The translations under genes were made by a program, and so were the position numbers. This document shows, one piece after another, positions 49,738 to 59,773 of a stretch of 64,000 nt of DNA. Position 1 is the first letter of the stretch; the number at the start of each line of letters is the position of its first letter. Source of the DNA: Bacillota bacterium. GTDB lineage: Bacteria > Bacillota_I > Bacilli_A > RF39 > UBA660. The DNA lies in contig SVAM01000002.1 in assembly GCA_015059425.1 (NCBI GenBank), forward strand, positions 12,063-76,062. Reading direction: 5' to 3'. Below the pieces are notes generated by a model. That model was given only the letters and a program-made list of their open reading frames with translations, was not told the origin of the DNA and searched no databases.

Positions 49738-51167
49738 TGAAAAAACAAATCGCTGTTATTGGTTTAGAAATGCACTGTGAGTTAAAAAGTAATTCAAAAG
49801 TTTTCTCTGGTGCTAAAAATTCGTACTCCGAAACTCCTAATGTAAATATTTCAGCTATTGATATGGCATTTCCTGGCACACTACCTGTAGTTAACAAGAA
49901 GTGTATTAAAGATGCTTTAAAGATAAGTTTAGCTTTGAACTGTAAACAACCGGAATATATGTATTTTGACCGTAAAAACTATTATTATCCAGATTTACCT
50001 AAAGGGTATCAAATTACCCAAATGGATTCACCGGTTGGTGTGGATGGCAAAATTGAAATAGAAGTAAATGATAAATTAGTTCCTATTTATATCCACGACG
50101 TTCATTTAGAAGAAGATACAGCAAGCTTAGATCATTATTTTGATACTTCTACAATTGATTATAATCGTGCTGGAGTACCATTATTAGAACTTGTTACAGA
50201 ACCTTGTATGCATACAGCCGAAGAAGCAGTTGCTTTTTTAGAACATATAATTAATGTATATAAGTATCTTGATGTATCCGATGCTGATACTAAAAAAGGT
50301 CAAGTTAGATGTGATGTTAATGTGTCAATTATGGATGAAGATTCTGAAGATTTTGGAACTAAAGTTGAAGTTAAAAACGTTAACTCTTTAGGTGGTGTTT
50401 TTAATACAATTAACTATGAAATAAAAAGACAAACTGAGCTAAAAGAAGCAGGAAGATATAATGAAGTAGAGCAAGAAACTAGACGTTGGGATGAAGAAAC
50501 ACAGTCTACAATTAGAATGCGCAGTAAAGTTGATGCTATTGATTATAAATATTTTGTTGAACCAAATCTACCTAAATTTAAAATTAGTAATGAATGGTTA
50601 AAAGAAATAAAATTAGAAATTCCAAAACTTCATTTAGAAAGAAAATATAATTATATAAATAATTATGGGTTAAGTAGTTATGATGCTGGAGTTTTAGTAA
50701 AAGATAAAGTTATATCTGATTATTTTGAAGAATGTATAGATTTAGGAATAGATGCTAAAACTAGTGCGAACTGGATTACTACACAAATACTTGGGTACAT
50801 TAATAATAATGATATTAATATAAGTGATTTATATTTAACTCCTAAAAGATTAAAAGATTTAACTGATTCTGTAAATAAAGGAGATATAAGTTCTAAACAA
50901 GCAAAAGAAATATTTAATAAAGTTATTGAAGAAAAGAAGGAAGTTAAAGATTTTATAACTAAAGATAATGCTCAAATAAGTGACAGAACAGAATTAGAAA
51001 TTATTATTGATGAAATACTAAGTAATAATACTAGTCAAATAGAAGAATATAAAAATGGTAAAACAAATCTTTTTGATTATTTTGTTGGTCAAGTTATGAA
51101 AAATACTAGAGGTAAAGCAAATCCTGTATTAACTAAAGAAATTTTAACTGATAGATTAAATGGATAG
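49737..51167 (+). CDS. gatB: Amidotransferase subunit B
   Basis: IGLEMH, FDRKNYYYPDLPKGYQITQ, DYNRAGVPLLE. Confidence 0.97.
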   Translation: MKKQIAVIGLEMHCELKSNSKVFSGAKNSYSETPNVNISAIDMAFPGTLPVVNKKCIKDALKISLALNCKQPEYMYFDRKNYYYPDLPKGYQITQMDSPVGVDGKIEIEVNDKLVPIYIHDVHLEEDTASLDHYFDTSTIDYNRAGVPLLELVTEPCMHTAEEAVAFLEHIINVYKYLDVSDADTKKGQVRCDVNVSIMDEDSEDFGTKVEVKNVNSLGGVFNTINYEIKRQTELKEAGRYNEVEQETRRWDEETQSTIRMRSKVDAIDYKYFVEPNLPKFKISNEWLKEIKLEIPKLHLERKYNYINNYGLSSYDAGVLVKDKVISDYFEECIDLGIDAKTSANWITTQILGYINNNDINISDLYLTPKRLKDLTDSVNKGDISSKQAKEIFNKVIEEKKEVKDFITKDNAQISDRTELEIIIDEILSNNTSQIEEYKNGKTNLFDYFVGQVMKNTRGKANPVLTKEILTDRLNG

Positions 51168-51226
51168 GACATTTGTGTTTTATCTTTTTTTCTGCTATAA
51201 TATCTGATACAAAAGAGGGTTAATCT

Positions 51227-51769
51227 ATGGATAGAGAAAATGTTATATTTCTAGATTTTGATGGGGTAATAAATAATAATATGGAGGATGTAACATTAAC
51301 TTGTGTAATATTATTAAAAAATATAATAAAAAAGTATAATGCTAAAGTTGTTGTTATTTCTTCAATCCTTGGAAATGGTACAAATAAAAAGAAAAAGAAT
51401 ATTACTGTTTTTTTGAATAATTTAGGTATATATAATATAGATTTTATTAATCCAAATTTAGAAGGTGATATCTATAATAAAAAAATATTACCAAGATTAG
51501 TTGGGATAATTGATTATTTAAGAAAACACCCTAATATAAATTATTTAATAATAGATGATGAATTTGAAAGTGATTATCAATTATTGGGTTTTAATCATTT
51601 AAAAACAGAAATGTGGGAAGGTTTAAAATGCAAGGATTATTATAAAATATCTTTTGAAGAGGCAGATTTAGAATGTTTAAAAGAAATTATATATGAAAAT
51701 AGAGAATTAACTGAAGAAGAAAAAGTTATGAATAACTTAATAAATGTGTTAAAATTAATTAAAAAGTGA
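51227..51769 (+). CDS. HAD domain protein (Swiss-army-knife RNA-repair-like)
   Basis: IFLDFDGVIN, VVISS, YLIIDD. Confidence 0.75.
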   Translation: MDRENVIFLDFDGVINNNMEDVTLTCVILLKNIIKKYNAKVVVISSILGNGTNKKKKNITVFLNNLGIYNIDFINPNLEGDIYNKKILPRLVGIIDYLRKHPNINYLIIDDEFESDYQLLGFNHLKTEMWEGLKCKDYYKISFEEADLECLKEIIYENRELTEEEKVMNNLINVLKLIKK

Positions 51770-51778
51770 GGTATTAAT

Positions 51779-52768
51779 ATGAACTTTATAAAAAGAAATA
51801 TGAAAAATATAATAATAATTGTTTTAAGTGTTTTATTTTTACTTGCCTGTGTAGTTATTTATGTTTTAGCGAATAAAAATAATTTAAGCAATGAATTAAA
51901 AACTATTACTGGTTCGGTAATTATTGCGGATAAGTCTTATGTAATTGTCGAAACTGATGTTGATGATTATTTAGTTAAAGATATTAAAGGTAATTATAAT
52001 ATTGGGGATGAAGTTAAATTTACATATTATACTGATGATATAAATAATGAAGATAGTTTAAAAACTATAAATTTAATATATGATGAAGAATTATTAAATA
52101 GATTGAACAATGATAGAGAATCTAATGATAAAAATTTGAATAATAATAAAAATAATACAACAAATAGCGGTTTAAATAACAATAATAAGGATAATAATAG
52201 TTCTAATAAAAATAATAATAATAACACTAATAATATAAATAATAATTCATTTAATAATAGTAGCAACACAAATTCAAGTTCAAATGAAAATACTAATGCC
52301 GATGTTCAAGTTTTAAATTATTTTAGTGAGTTAAATAACGATTTTGATTCAGGTAGTATAAAAGATAGTCTTAAGAATGGATTTATAACAGTAGTTGATT
52401 TTCTATTTTATAAAGGCAAAATTAAGGGACATACTTTTGATGATTTAACTGATAGTGCTAAATTAAAAGTTCTATCAATGGCTTTATATTTTGATACTAA
52501 AATTGATACTTATTTTCCAGGATATAAAGAAAGTATTAGTAATTCTACTAGTAAAATATATACAACTGTTAAAGAAGAAATAGTTAGCAATTACTTACAA
52601 TTAGCTACTATGGTTTGTAATAAGGATGCTGAGTTATGTGATAGTGCTAAACTTGGTTTTGAAAATATAAAAGAGAAATTTGGATTATCTTGGGCTTTAA
52701 TTAAAGATATTGCTGGTGATGGTTTAAATAACTTAAAAAATTGGTATGAGATTTGGAGTGGAAAATAA
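51779..52768 (+). CDS. Membrane-anchored protein with Asn-rich linker
   Basis: N-terminal TM segment; N-rich low-complexity region ~52100-52300. Confidence 0.75.
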   Translation: MNFIKRNMKNIIIIVLSVLFLLACVVIYVLANKNNLSNELKTITGSVIIADKSYVIVETDVDDYLVKDIKGNYNIGDEVKFTYYTDDINNEDSLKTINLIYDEELLNRLNNDRESNDKNLNNNKNNTTNSGLNNNNKDNNSSNKNNNNNTNNINNNSFNNSSNTNSSSNENTNADVQVLNYFSELNNDFDSGSIKDSLKNGFITVVDFLFYKGKIKGHTFDDLTDSAKLKVLSMALYFDTKIDTYFPGYKESISNSTSKIYTTVKEEIVSNYLQLATMVCNKDAELCDSAKLGFENIKEKFGLSWALIKDIAGDGLNNLKNWYEIWSGK

Positions 52769-52832
52769 TATTTCGCTCTTTTTTTTATTTTATGTTCATG
52801 TTATAATTAATTATAGTAAAGGGTTGTTGATT

Positions 52833-54665
52833 ATGATATTTGGAAGAATTTTATATATCAGTGATAATATTGCACATGTTGAAAATATTAGTAAAGATAC
52901 TATTACAGCAGATCTAATGAATATTCATGTAATATTTGAAGATAAAGACCAAAGAATTCTTGGGGAAATTGTAGAATTAAATAGTACTGAAATTAAAATA
53001 AGATTTTTAGGTGAATATGTAAATAATAAATACATAAATGGTGTAATTAGAAAACCACTATTATCTAGTAAAATTAGAATAATTAATGGAGAAGAATTAT
53101 TAGAAATAGTTGGTACTTTAAGTGATAAAAGTATTGAACTTGGTACAAGCGCTACTTATAAAGGATTTCAAATTTGCCCTAATATAAATAGTTTGTTTTC
53201 TAATCATTTAGCTATATTTGGAAATTCTGGTTCTGGTAAATCGTGTGGGGTATCAAGAATAGTTCAAAATATATTTAGTAATCCTAAAACAACAAGTATA
53301 AATGCTAATATGTTTTTCTTTGATGCTTATGGTGAATATAAAAATGCTTTTGGTTCTATAAATAAAATTAATCCTGAGTATAATTATAAATTCGTAACAA
53401 CTAATCCTACAGAAGATACTGATTATTTATTAAAAATACCTGTAAATTTACTTACTTTAGATGATATAGCATTGCTTTTACAAGCTTCAACTCATTCTCA
53501 ACTTCCAATCTTAGAAAGAAGCATTAAGTATGCTAAAATATTTGCTAGTGATAGTGATGAAGTAATAAAATATAAAAATCATTTAATAGCAAAAGCACTT
53601 ATTGCAATATTGTTTAGTAATATGACAACTAGTTATAAGAAAAATGAGATATTTAAAGTAATTGAGATTTGCCATACTAGGGAATTTAATTTTGATTCTG
53701 TAATACCAGGACTTGGCTATACAAGAAGTTTTAGTGAATGTTTTGAAATTGATTCTAATGGTAATTTTGGAGAATCAGTTTTAATAACGGAATATATTTT
53801 AAAACATATAGATGAATCTATAGAGGAAATAAAAGTACCTGAACAAAGTTTTTATACATTGAAAGGATTAGCTAATGCACTAGAATTTACATTAATTAGT
53901 GAAGGGTTTCAAGGCAATCAGATGATGTATAACGAAGCGATGATCTTGCAAGTAAGATTAAATACAATTATAAGTAGTAAAGTTAACAATTATTTTGATG
54001 GTTCTAAGTATACGAGTGTAGATGAATTTATTAAAGAATTAACTAAAAAAGATAATAATAAAGCTCAGATTGTAAATATAAATCTTGAAGATATAGATGA
54101 TGCTTATGCTAAAGTAATTGTTAAAATTATGTCAAAATTATTATTTGATTATGCTAAAAATTTAAAATCTAGAGCTAGTGAACCATTCCATTTATTTTTA
54201 GAGGAAGCGCATAGATATATTCAAGCTGATACTGATACATTTTTATTAGGATATAATATATTTGACCGTATTGCTAAAGAAGGAAGAAAATATGGCGTTA
54301 TTTTAGATATAATTAGTCAAAGACCGGTAGAGATTAGTGATACTGTTATTGCACAGTGTTCTAACTTTTTAATATTTAAAATGACACATCCAAAAGATAT
54401 AAAATATATAGAAGAAATGTTACCGAATATAAGTAGCGATGTAATTGAAAAAATGAAAGTATTACAACCTGGAAATTGTGTAGTATTTGGTTCAGCCTTT
54501 AAAATACCAATGATTTGTAAGTTAGATATGCCTAATCCTATGCCTTATAGTACAAATTGTAATGTTTCAAGTTGTTGGAGTGATGCTGGTAGTACTAAAT
54601 ATGCCACTACTGAAGGTAATGCTTCAGCTGTTTTACAAAGTAATTTAAATGTAAATAATATGTAA
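52833..54665 (+). CDS. HerA/DUF87-family ATPase
   Basis: GNSGSGKS, LFLEEAHRY, IAKEGRKYG, SQRP. Confidence 0.88.
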   Translation: MIFGRILYISDNIAHVENISKDTITADLMNIHVIFEDKDQRILGEIVELNSTEIKIRFLGEYVNNKYINGVIRKPLLSSKIRIINGEELLEIVGTLSDKSIELGTSATYKGFQICPNINSLFSNHLAIFGNSGSGKSCGVSRIVQNIFSNPKTTSINANMFFFDAYGEYKNAFGSINKINPEYNYKFVTTNPTEDTDYLLKIPVNLLTLDDIALLLQASTHSQLPILERSIKYAKIFASDSDEVIKYKNHLIAKALIAILFSNMTTSYKKNEIFKVIEICHTREFNFDSVIPGLGYTRSFSECFEIDSNGNFGESVLITEYILKHIDESIEEIKVPEQSFYTLKGLANALEFTLISEGFQGNQMMYNEAMILQVRLNTIISSKVNNYFDGSKYTSVDEFIKELTKKDNNKAQIVNINLEDIDDAYAKVIVKIMSKLLFDYAKNLKSRASEPFHLFLEEAHRYIQADTDTFLLGYNIFDRIAKEGRKYGVILDIISQRPVEISDTVIAQCSNFLIFKMTHPKDIKYIEEMLPNISSDVIEKMKVLQPGNCVVFGSAFKIPMICKLDMPNPMPYSTNCNVSSCWSDAGSTKYATTEGNASAVLQSNLNVNNM

Positions 54666-54707
54666 TAATTGTTGAATAAAAAAATTACATTATGATATAA
54701 TAATAAT

Positions 54708-54880
54708 ACCTAGAAGATAAGTTTGTTTTACATAAAACCGACTATGGAATAATTTAGGGAGAATAATTATATATGGAGTTGAATGCTGGCTCTTTATTAG
54801 TCAGAATCCTGAAATATATATGTTTCTTACCACCTGCGAGTGAGCGGGATTTTATTCACAAACAGGCTTTCTCTCTGGGT
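54708..54880 (+). ncRNA. ssrS: 6S RNA
   Basis: 5' ACCTAGAAGATAAGTTTGTTT pairs with 3' AAACAGGCTTTCTCTCTGGGT; internal AGGGAG and CCACCTGC..GAGCGGG; promoter TTGAAT/TGATATAAT; upstream of tcdA, like B. subtilis bsrA-yrvM. Confidence 0.8.
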
Positions 54881-54912
54881 TTTTATTTGTTATAATATTT
54901 TTGGTGATATAC

Positions 54913-55587
54913 ATGTTTGAGAGATTATTAGAAATTATTAATAAAGAAGATTTAAAAAGAATACATAATGCTAAAATTTTATTAGTTGGAATAGGTGGAG
55001 TAGGGGGATATACTTTAGAATCCCTTGTTAGAAGTGGTTTTTTGAATATAACAATTATTGATGGAGATGTTATTACAGAATCCAATTTAAATAGACAAAT
55101 AATAGCTTGTTCTAATAATATTGGTGAAATTAAAACAAATGAAGCGAAAAAAAGAATGATTAGTATTAATCCTGATGCTAAAATTAATTGTTTAAATGTG
55201 TTTTTAACATTAGATAACTTTAACGATTATATAAAGGGTGAATATGATTATATAATTGATGCTTGTGATGATGTGCCAATTAAAATTGAATTGATAAAAT
55301 ATGCTAAAAATAATAATATTAAAATTATATCTTGTTTAGGGACTGGCAAAAAGCTAGATCCTACAAAATTATGTATAACTACATTAAATAAAACATATAA
55401 TGATCCTTTAGCTAAAAAATTAAGACATGAATTAAGAAAATTTGATATTAACTTAAATATACCAGTAATTTTTAGTAAAGAAGAACCAATTAACAATAAA
55501 GAAATAATTGGTAGTACAATATTTGTACCTGCTACTGCAGGCATATATTTAGCAAATTATATTTTTTTGGATTTGATAAGTAAATAA
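54913..55587 (+). CDS. tcdA: ThiF-family tRNA threonylcarbamoyladenosine dehydratase
   Basis: GIGGVG, SNLNRQ, DPLAKKLR, FSKE. Confidence 0.9.
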   Translation: MFERLLEIINKEDLKRIHNAKILLVGIGGVGGYTLESLVRSGFLNITIIDGDVITESNLNRQIIACSNNIGEIKTNEAKKRMISINPDAKINCLNVFLTLDNFNDYIKGEYDYIIDACDDVPIKIELIKYAKNNNIKIISCLGTGKKLDPTKLCITTLNKTYNDPLAKKLRHELRKFDINLNIPVIFSKEEPINNKEIIGSTIFVPATAGIYLANYIFLDLISK

Positions 55588-55597
55588 AAATAAGAGT

Positions 55598-56572
55598 TTA
55601 ACTCTTATTTATTAAAAACTCGGATAATAACTCTGGGTTTTTATTATTTATAGCAATATCATAAATTATATTAATAATAGGCATATTAATCCTTCTATTT
55701 TTAGTTAATTCTTTAATAGATAGAAGTGTATAATAACCTTCAGTAGTATTATTATTTAAATATTCAGTTATTTCTTCTTGTGTTGGCTTTTTAGCAAGCA
55801 TTTGTCCAAATTTATAGTTTCTACTTTTAGGGCTAGAACAAGTAAGTATTAAATCACCAATACCCGCAAAAGAAAGTATGGTTTTAGGGTTACATTCTAA
55901 TTTATATAATAATTCTTTTATATCATGTAATGCTTCTGTTATTAGAAGTGCTCTAGTTGATTCCATATACCCTAAGCCATCAATTATCCCTGATGCAATA
56001 GCTATTATATTCTTAATACTGCCACATAATTCTGTCCCATATATATCATTATTAACTCTTAATTTTAAATGTTTGTTATGTAATGCTTCATATACAGATT
56101 TAGTTGCTTTTTTACTTAATGAAGCTAGTGATAGGGCACAAGGCTGTTTATTAATCATATCTACAGCAAAAGTAGGACCAGATATAACAGCTATATGTTT
56201 AGTATTTAATATATCTTTTATTATATCAGATAAAAACTTACAAGTATTGTTTTCAATTCCTTTACTAGCAATGCATATAGGAGTTAATCTATTAGTATGC
56301 TTTTTCATATCTTCACAAATACTTCTGACATATTTAGCAGCAGTACCAATTATTATTAAATCTGTATTTTCTAAAGCTTCTTTAATATCATTTGTAATTT
56401 TAATATTATTCGGTATATTAACTTCTGTAATAGGTTTTAAATCATGGTTTTTATTGAAATTATTTGCTAACTCGGTATTCTCAGTCCACATTTTAATATT
56501 ATGTTTATTTTCAGCCATATTTAAAGCTAAAGCTATACTATATATTCCAGTACCAATTATACTTATATTCAT
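55598..56572 (-). CDS. gpsA: NAD(P)H-dependent glycerol-3-phosphate dehydrogenase
   Basis: ASKGIE, SGPTFA, KNIIAIASG, GDLILTCSS..SRN. Confidence 0.95.
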   Translation of the reverse strand: MNISIIGTGIYSIALALNMAENKHNIKMWTENTELANNFNKNHDLKPITEVNIPNNIKITNDIKEALENTDLIIIGTAAKYVRSICEDMKKHTNRLTPICIASKGIENNTCKFLSDIIKDILNTKHIAVISGPTFAVDMINKQPCALSLASLSKKATKSVYEALHNKHLKLRVNNDIYGTELCGSIKNIIAIASGIIDGLGYMESTRALLITEALHDIKELLYKLECNPKTILSFAGIGDLILTCSSPKSRNYKFGQMLAKKPTQEEITEYLNNNTTEGYYTLLSIKELTKNRRINMPIINIIYDIAINNKNPELLSEFLINKS

Positions 56573-57777
56573 TATACATTCCTCATTTCATCGTATATTC
56601 TGTTTAAATTCGTTTCATATTTATTTTCTTTTTTATGATAATATTTTTTATTTTTTAATTTATCTGGCATGTATTCTTGTTCAACATAATCATTTTTAAA
56701 ATTATGTGGATAAACATAGTCAGGAGAACCGTCTATTATATGTTTAGGAATTGGGCCTGCAAGCCCCTTATTTATATCATTTATAGCTTCATTAATGCCT
56801 ATATATGAACTGTTGCTTTTAGGAGATAGAGCCATTTCTGTTACAACTTGGGCTAGTGGAATACGTGCTTCAGGTAGCCCAACTAATTCAGCTGCTTGAA
56901 TAGCCGCCATAACTTTAGGGCCTATCGCTGGATTAGCTAATCCAATATCTTCGTATGCTATAACACTCATTCTTCTATAAATGCTATCTAAATCACCAGC
57001 TACTATAAGTCTTGCTAAATAGTGTAGGGCAGCATCTACATCACTGCCTCTAATAGATTTTTGAAAAGCACTTAAAACTTGATAATGTCCATCTTCATCT
57101 TTATCATGAAAAAATACTGCTTTATTGTTAATCTTTTTTATATCATCAATAGTTATTTTATGATCTTTAGTAGAGTAATATGTAACTTCTAAAATATTTA
57201 ATGCTGATCTAAAATCACCACTGCTTAATCTTGCTATATATTCTAATGCTTCATCTTCAATTGATATTTTGGGTAATTCAAGTATAGCTCTTTTTAAACC
57301 TGTTATAATGTCATTTAATTCTAACTCTTTTAGTTCATAAATTTGACATCTGCTTCTTATCGCTGGATTTATTTTATGATAAGGGTTACTAGTAGTTAAA
57401 CCTATTAATATAATTAAGCCTGATTCAATATGAGGAAGTAAAATATCTTGTTTATCTTTATTCATTCGATGAATTTCATCTATAACTAGAATCATTTCAC
57501 CATACATTTTTGCTTCCTCAATTGCTATATCAAAATCAGCTTTATTATTAGTTGTTGCATTTAAAAATTTGGATTTAATACTTAATTCATTTATGATAGC
57601 ATTTGCAATACTAGTCTTTCCAATACCAGGACGCCCATATAAAATCATAGAAAATATTTTGCCATTTTTGACTAAATTAGATAAAACTTTATTTTCACCA
57701 ATTAAATGTTGTTGTCCAATAATATCATTTAAATTTTTAGGCCTTAATTTATTAGCAAGTAATTCCATTATTATCAC
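56572..57777 (-). CDS. rarA: Replication-associated recombination protein A
   Basis: LRPK...IGQQHL, GRPGIGKT, DEIHR, SAFQKSIRGSD. Confidence 0.95.
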   Translation of the reverse strand: MIIMELLANKLRPKNLNDIIGQQHLIGENKVLSNLVKNGKIFSMILYGRPGIGKTSIANAIINELSIKSKFLNATTNNKADFDIAIEEAKMYGEMILVIDEIHRMNKDKQDILLPHIESGLIILIGLTTSNPYHKINPAIRSRCQIYELKELELNDIITGLKRAILELPKISIEDEALEYIARLSSGDFRSALNILEVTYYSTKDHKITIDDIKKINNKAVFFHDKDEDGHYQVLSAFQKSIRGSDVDAALHYLARLIVAGDLDSIYRRMSVIAYEDIGLANPAIGPKVMAAIQAAELVGLPEARIPLAQVVTEMALSPKSNSSYIGINEAINDINKGLAGPIPKHIIDGSPDYVYPHNFKNDYVEQEYMPDKLKNKKYYHKKENKYETNLNRIYDEMRNV

Positions 57778-57834
57778 CTATATTTATTATAACATAAATT
57801 ATATATTCATGATATAATTAGCTTAGGTGAAAGT

Positions 57835-58743
57835 ATGAAAAATAATAATTTAGAAGATGTATATAAATATAATCCTGAATTAAAAAAATATATAGAAGAA
57901 TATTTATATACTGAATATAATACATCTAAAAATACCAGGGATTCATATGCCTATGATTTAATTAATTTTGTTAGAAGCTTTGAAAATAAGAATATAGCAT
58001 ATTTAAAAAAAGAAGATATTCAAGAATATATTAGAAAAGAAAAAGATAAATCATCTAAAACAAAAGCCCATTATTTAACTGTTTTAAATAATTTTTATGT
58101 ATATTTGACTAATAATAATTATATAAGTGATAACCCTTGTGAAAGTATTAAAATGCCTAAAATAGAAAAAAAATTACCTGAATTTTTAACTATGGAAGAA
58201 GTAGATTTATTATTAGATATAAGATCAAGTACTGCTTATGATTTAAGAAATAAAGCTATGCTTGAAATGCTATATGCAACTGGTATTCGTATAAGTGAAT
58301 TATGTAATTTAACAATGAGTAATTTATATTTGGAAGATGAAATGGTTAAAGTATTTGGAAAGGGTAGTAAAGAAAGAATTATACCCATTAATGATATTGC
58401 ATTACACGCACTACAAGAATATTTAAGATTTGGCAGAAATGAGTTATTAGGTACTAAAGATTCCGAATATGTTTTTATTAGTTCTAGACATACTAAAATA
58501 ACTAGACAAGCATTCTTTAAGTTTTTAAAAAAAATATGTGAAGAGAAGGGGATTAAAAAGAATATAAGTCCTCATATGTTAAGACATTCTTTTGCAACAC
58601 ATTTACTTAATAATGGAGCTGATTTAAGAGTAGTTCAAGAACTTTTAGGACACAGCGATATATCAACAACTCAAATATATACACACTTATCTAATCAAAA
58701 ATTAGAAAGTGAATATGAAAAACATCCATTAATAAACAAATAA
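57835..58743 (+). CDS. xerD: Xer-type tyrosine recombinase
   Basis: LYATGIRISEL, GKGSKER, SPHMLRHSFATHLL, LLGH, TTQIYT. Confidence 0.88.
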   Translation: MKNNNLEDVYKYNPELKKYIEEYLYTEYNTSKNTRDSYAYDLINFVRSFENKNIAYLKKEDIQEYIRKEKDKSSKTKAHYLTVLNNFYVYLTNNNYISDNPCESIKMPKIEKKLPEFLTMEEVDLLLDIRSSTAYDLRNKAMLEMLYATGIRISELCNLTMSNLYLEDEMVKVFGKGSKERIIPINDIALHALQEYLRFGRNELLGTKDSEYVFISSRHTKITRQAFFKFLKKICEEKGIKKNISPHMLRHSFATHLLNNGADLRVVQELLGHSDISTTQIYTHLSNQKLESEYEKHPLINK

Positions 58744-58784
58744 AAAGCCACTAAATCGTGGCTTTATTCATTAGAAGGTAATAA

Positions 58785-58949
58785 TTAACGTCCTTCTCTA
58801 TTAGCTCTAGATTCATTTCTTGAACTTCTAGAGTTTTCGTTTCTAGAATTTCTTGAATTTTCATTTCTAGAATTATTTTTACAATTTTCTCTAGAACTTC
58901 TATTATTTTGGTTATTTCTAGAATTTTTATTTTCTTTTTGATTTTTCAT
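58785..58949 (-). CDS. 54-aa N/S/R/E-rich repetitive small protein
   Basis: GGAGGT RBS; MKNQKENKNSRNNQNNRSSRENCKNNSRNENSRNSRNENSRSSRNESRANREGR; absent from ORF track. Confidence 0.7.
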   Translation of the reverse strand: MKNQKENKNSRNNQNNRSSRENCKNNSRNENSRNSRNENSRSSRNESRANREGR

Positions 58950-58954
58950 TTCTT

Positions 58955-59137
58955 TTACCTCCCACTATTATTATGGATTAAATATTTTAGTTCATTCATA
59001 TAATTTAGTAGTGGTACTATGGTAATTATTGGAGTATTATTTAATTCTTCAAACAATAAACTCCCAAGGCCTTGCTTTCTATATTCATCTGAAACAAATA
59101 AAGTACATATCTTCTTTTCTTTTTCATCTTTTTTCAT
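58955..59137 (-). pseudogene. GNAT acetyltransferase fragment
   Basis: EKKICTLFVSDEYRKQGLGSLL acetyl-CoA motif; truncated. Confidence 0.6.
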
Positions 59138-59216
59138 TTAACCTTAATTCTAATCTTTTCGTGCCATTTTTTATATAATATAAAATATTGTGGTAATAGT
59201 TTCATAGTATATGCTT

Positions 59217-59645
59217 TCATAAGCTTCTTCCTTCCTTAAGTTCCTCATAGATGTATTCGTTTTCTTTTATGTAGCGATAAAATTGCGGCACTACAAAGTT
59301 TTTTTCTACATTTTTTATTTCACTTAAGTAAAATGGCTTTTTAAATTTAACGGCCCTAGCTATTTTAAGAGCATAGCATTTATCACAACCATTAAAATAA
59401 TCTATTATTTCTCCATTATTTATATTATTAGTCTCTTCTAATATGTAATTAAGATCTCCTTCAAGAATTTTTTCTACAATTATATATCCTACAATGGCCT
59501 TATCTACTTCAGAAGAATAAACAAATATTTTTTTATTACAATTTTTTTCACCGATACTTTTTCTTCTATACTCATATAATTTTGTTCCGTTAAATATTTG
59601 ATTTGCATATTTTGTTTTTATTGAAATTAGCATCAATTGCTCCAT
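59217..59645 (-). CDS. ASCH/PUA-like domain protein
   Basis: LISIKTKYANQIFNGTKLYEYRR, VYSS, PQFYRY. Confidence 0.85.
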   Translation of the reverse strand: MEQLMLISIKTKYANQIFNGTKLYEYRRKSIGEKNCNKKIFVYSSEVDKAIVGYIIVEKILEGDLNYILEETNNINNGEIIDYFNGCDKCYALKIARAVKFKKPFYLSEIKNVEKNFVVPQFYRYIKENEYIYEELKEGRSL

Positions 59646-59773
59646 TACGACACCTCTTATCTATTATAGCATTAAAAGCTAATTATAGTAAAAAAATTGA
59701 TAAGCAAAATTATTATCCTTATTGCTTAAAAATATATTTCTATTAATTAAACATATAATTTATTGGTGGTTAT

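Noticed and set aside
52100-52300. AAT/AAC-rich tract as a DGR template or repeat array
   Set aside because: In-frame Asn-rich linker of a membrane protein; lacks the fixed GC codons of the VRs
55878-56699. 273-aa plus-strand ORF and other antisense ORFs in the track
   Set aside because: Shadow frames of well-supported genes (gpsA, rarA, smc, rel and others)
57835-58743. Tyrosine recombinase as prophage or ICE integrase
   Set aside because: Sequence and size are XerD-like, dif is nearby, and there are no phage or conjugation genes
58785-58949. TCTAGA repeats as a CRISPR array
   Set aside because: Units are short, irregular and in frame; no 23-47-nt repeats with spacers and no cas genes in the window
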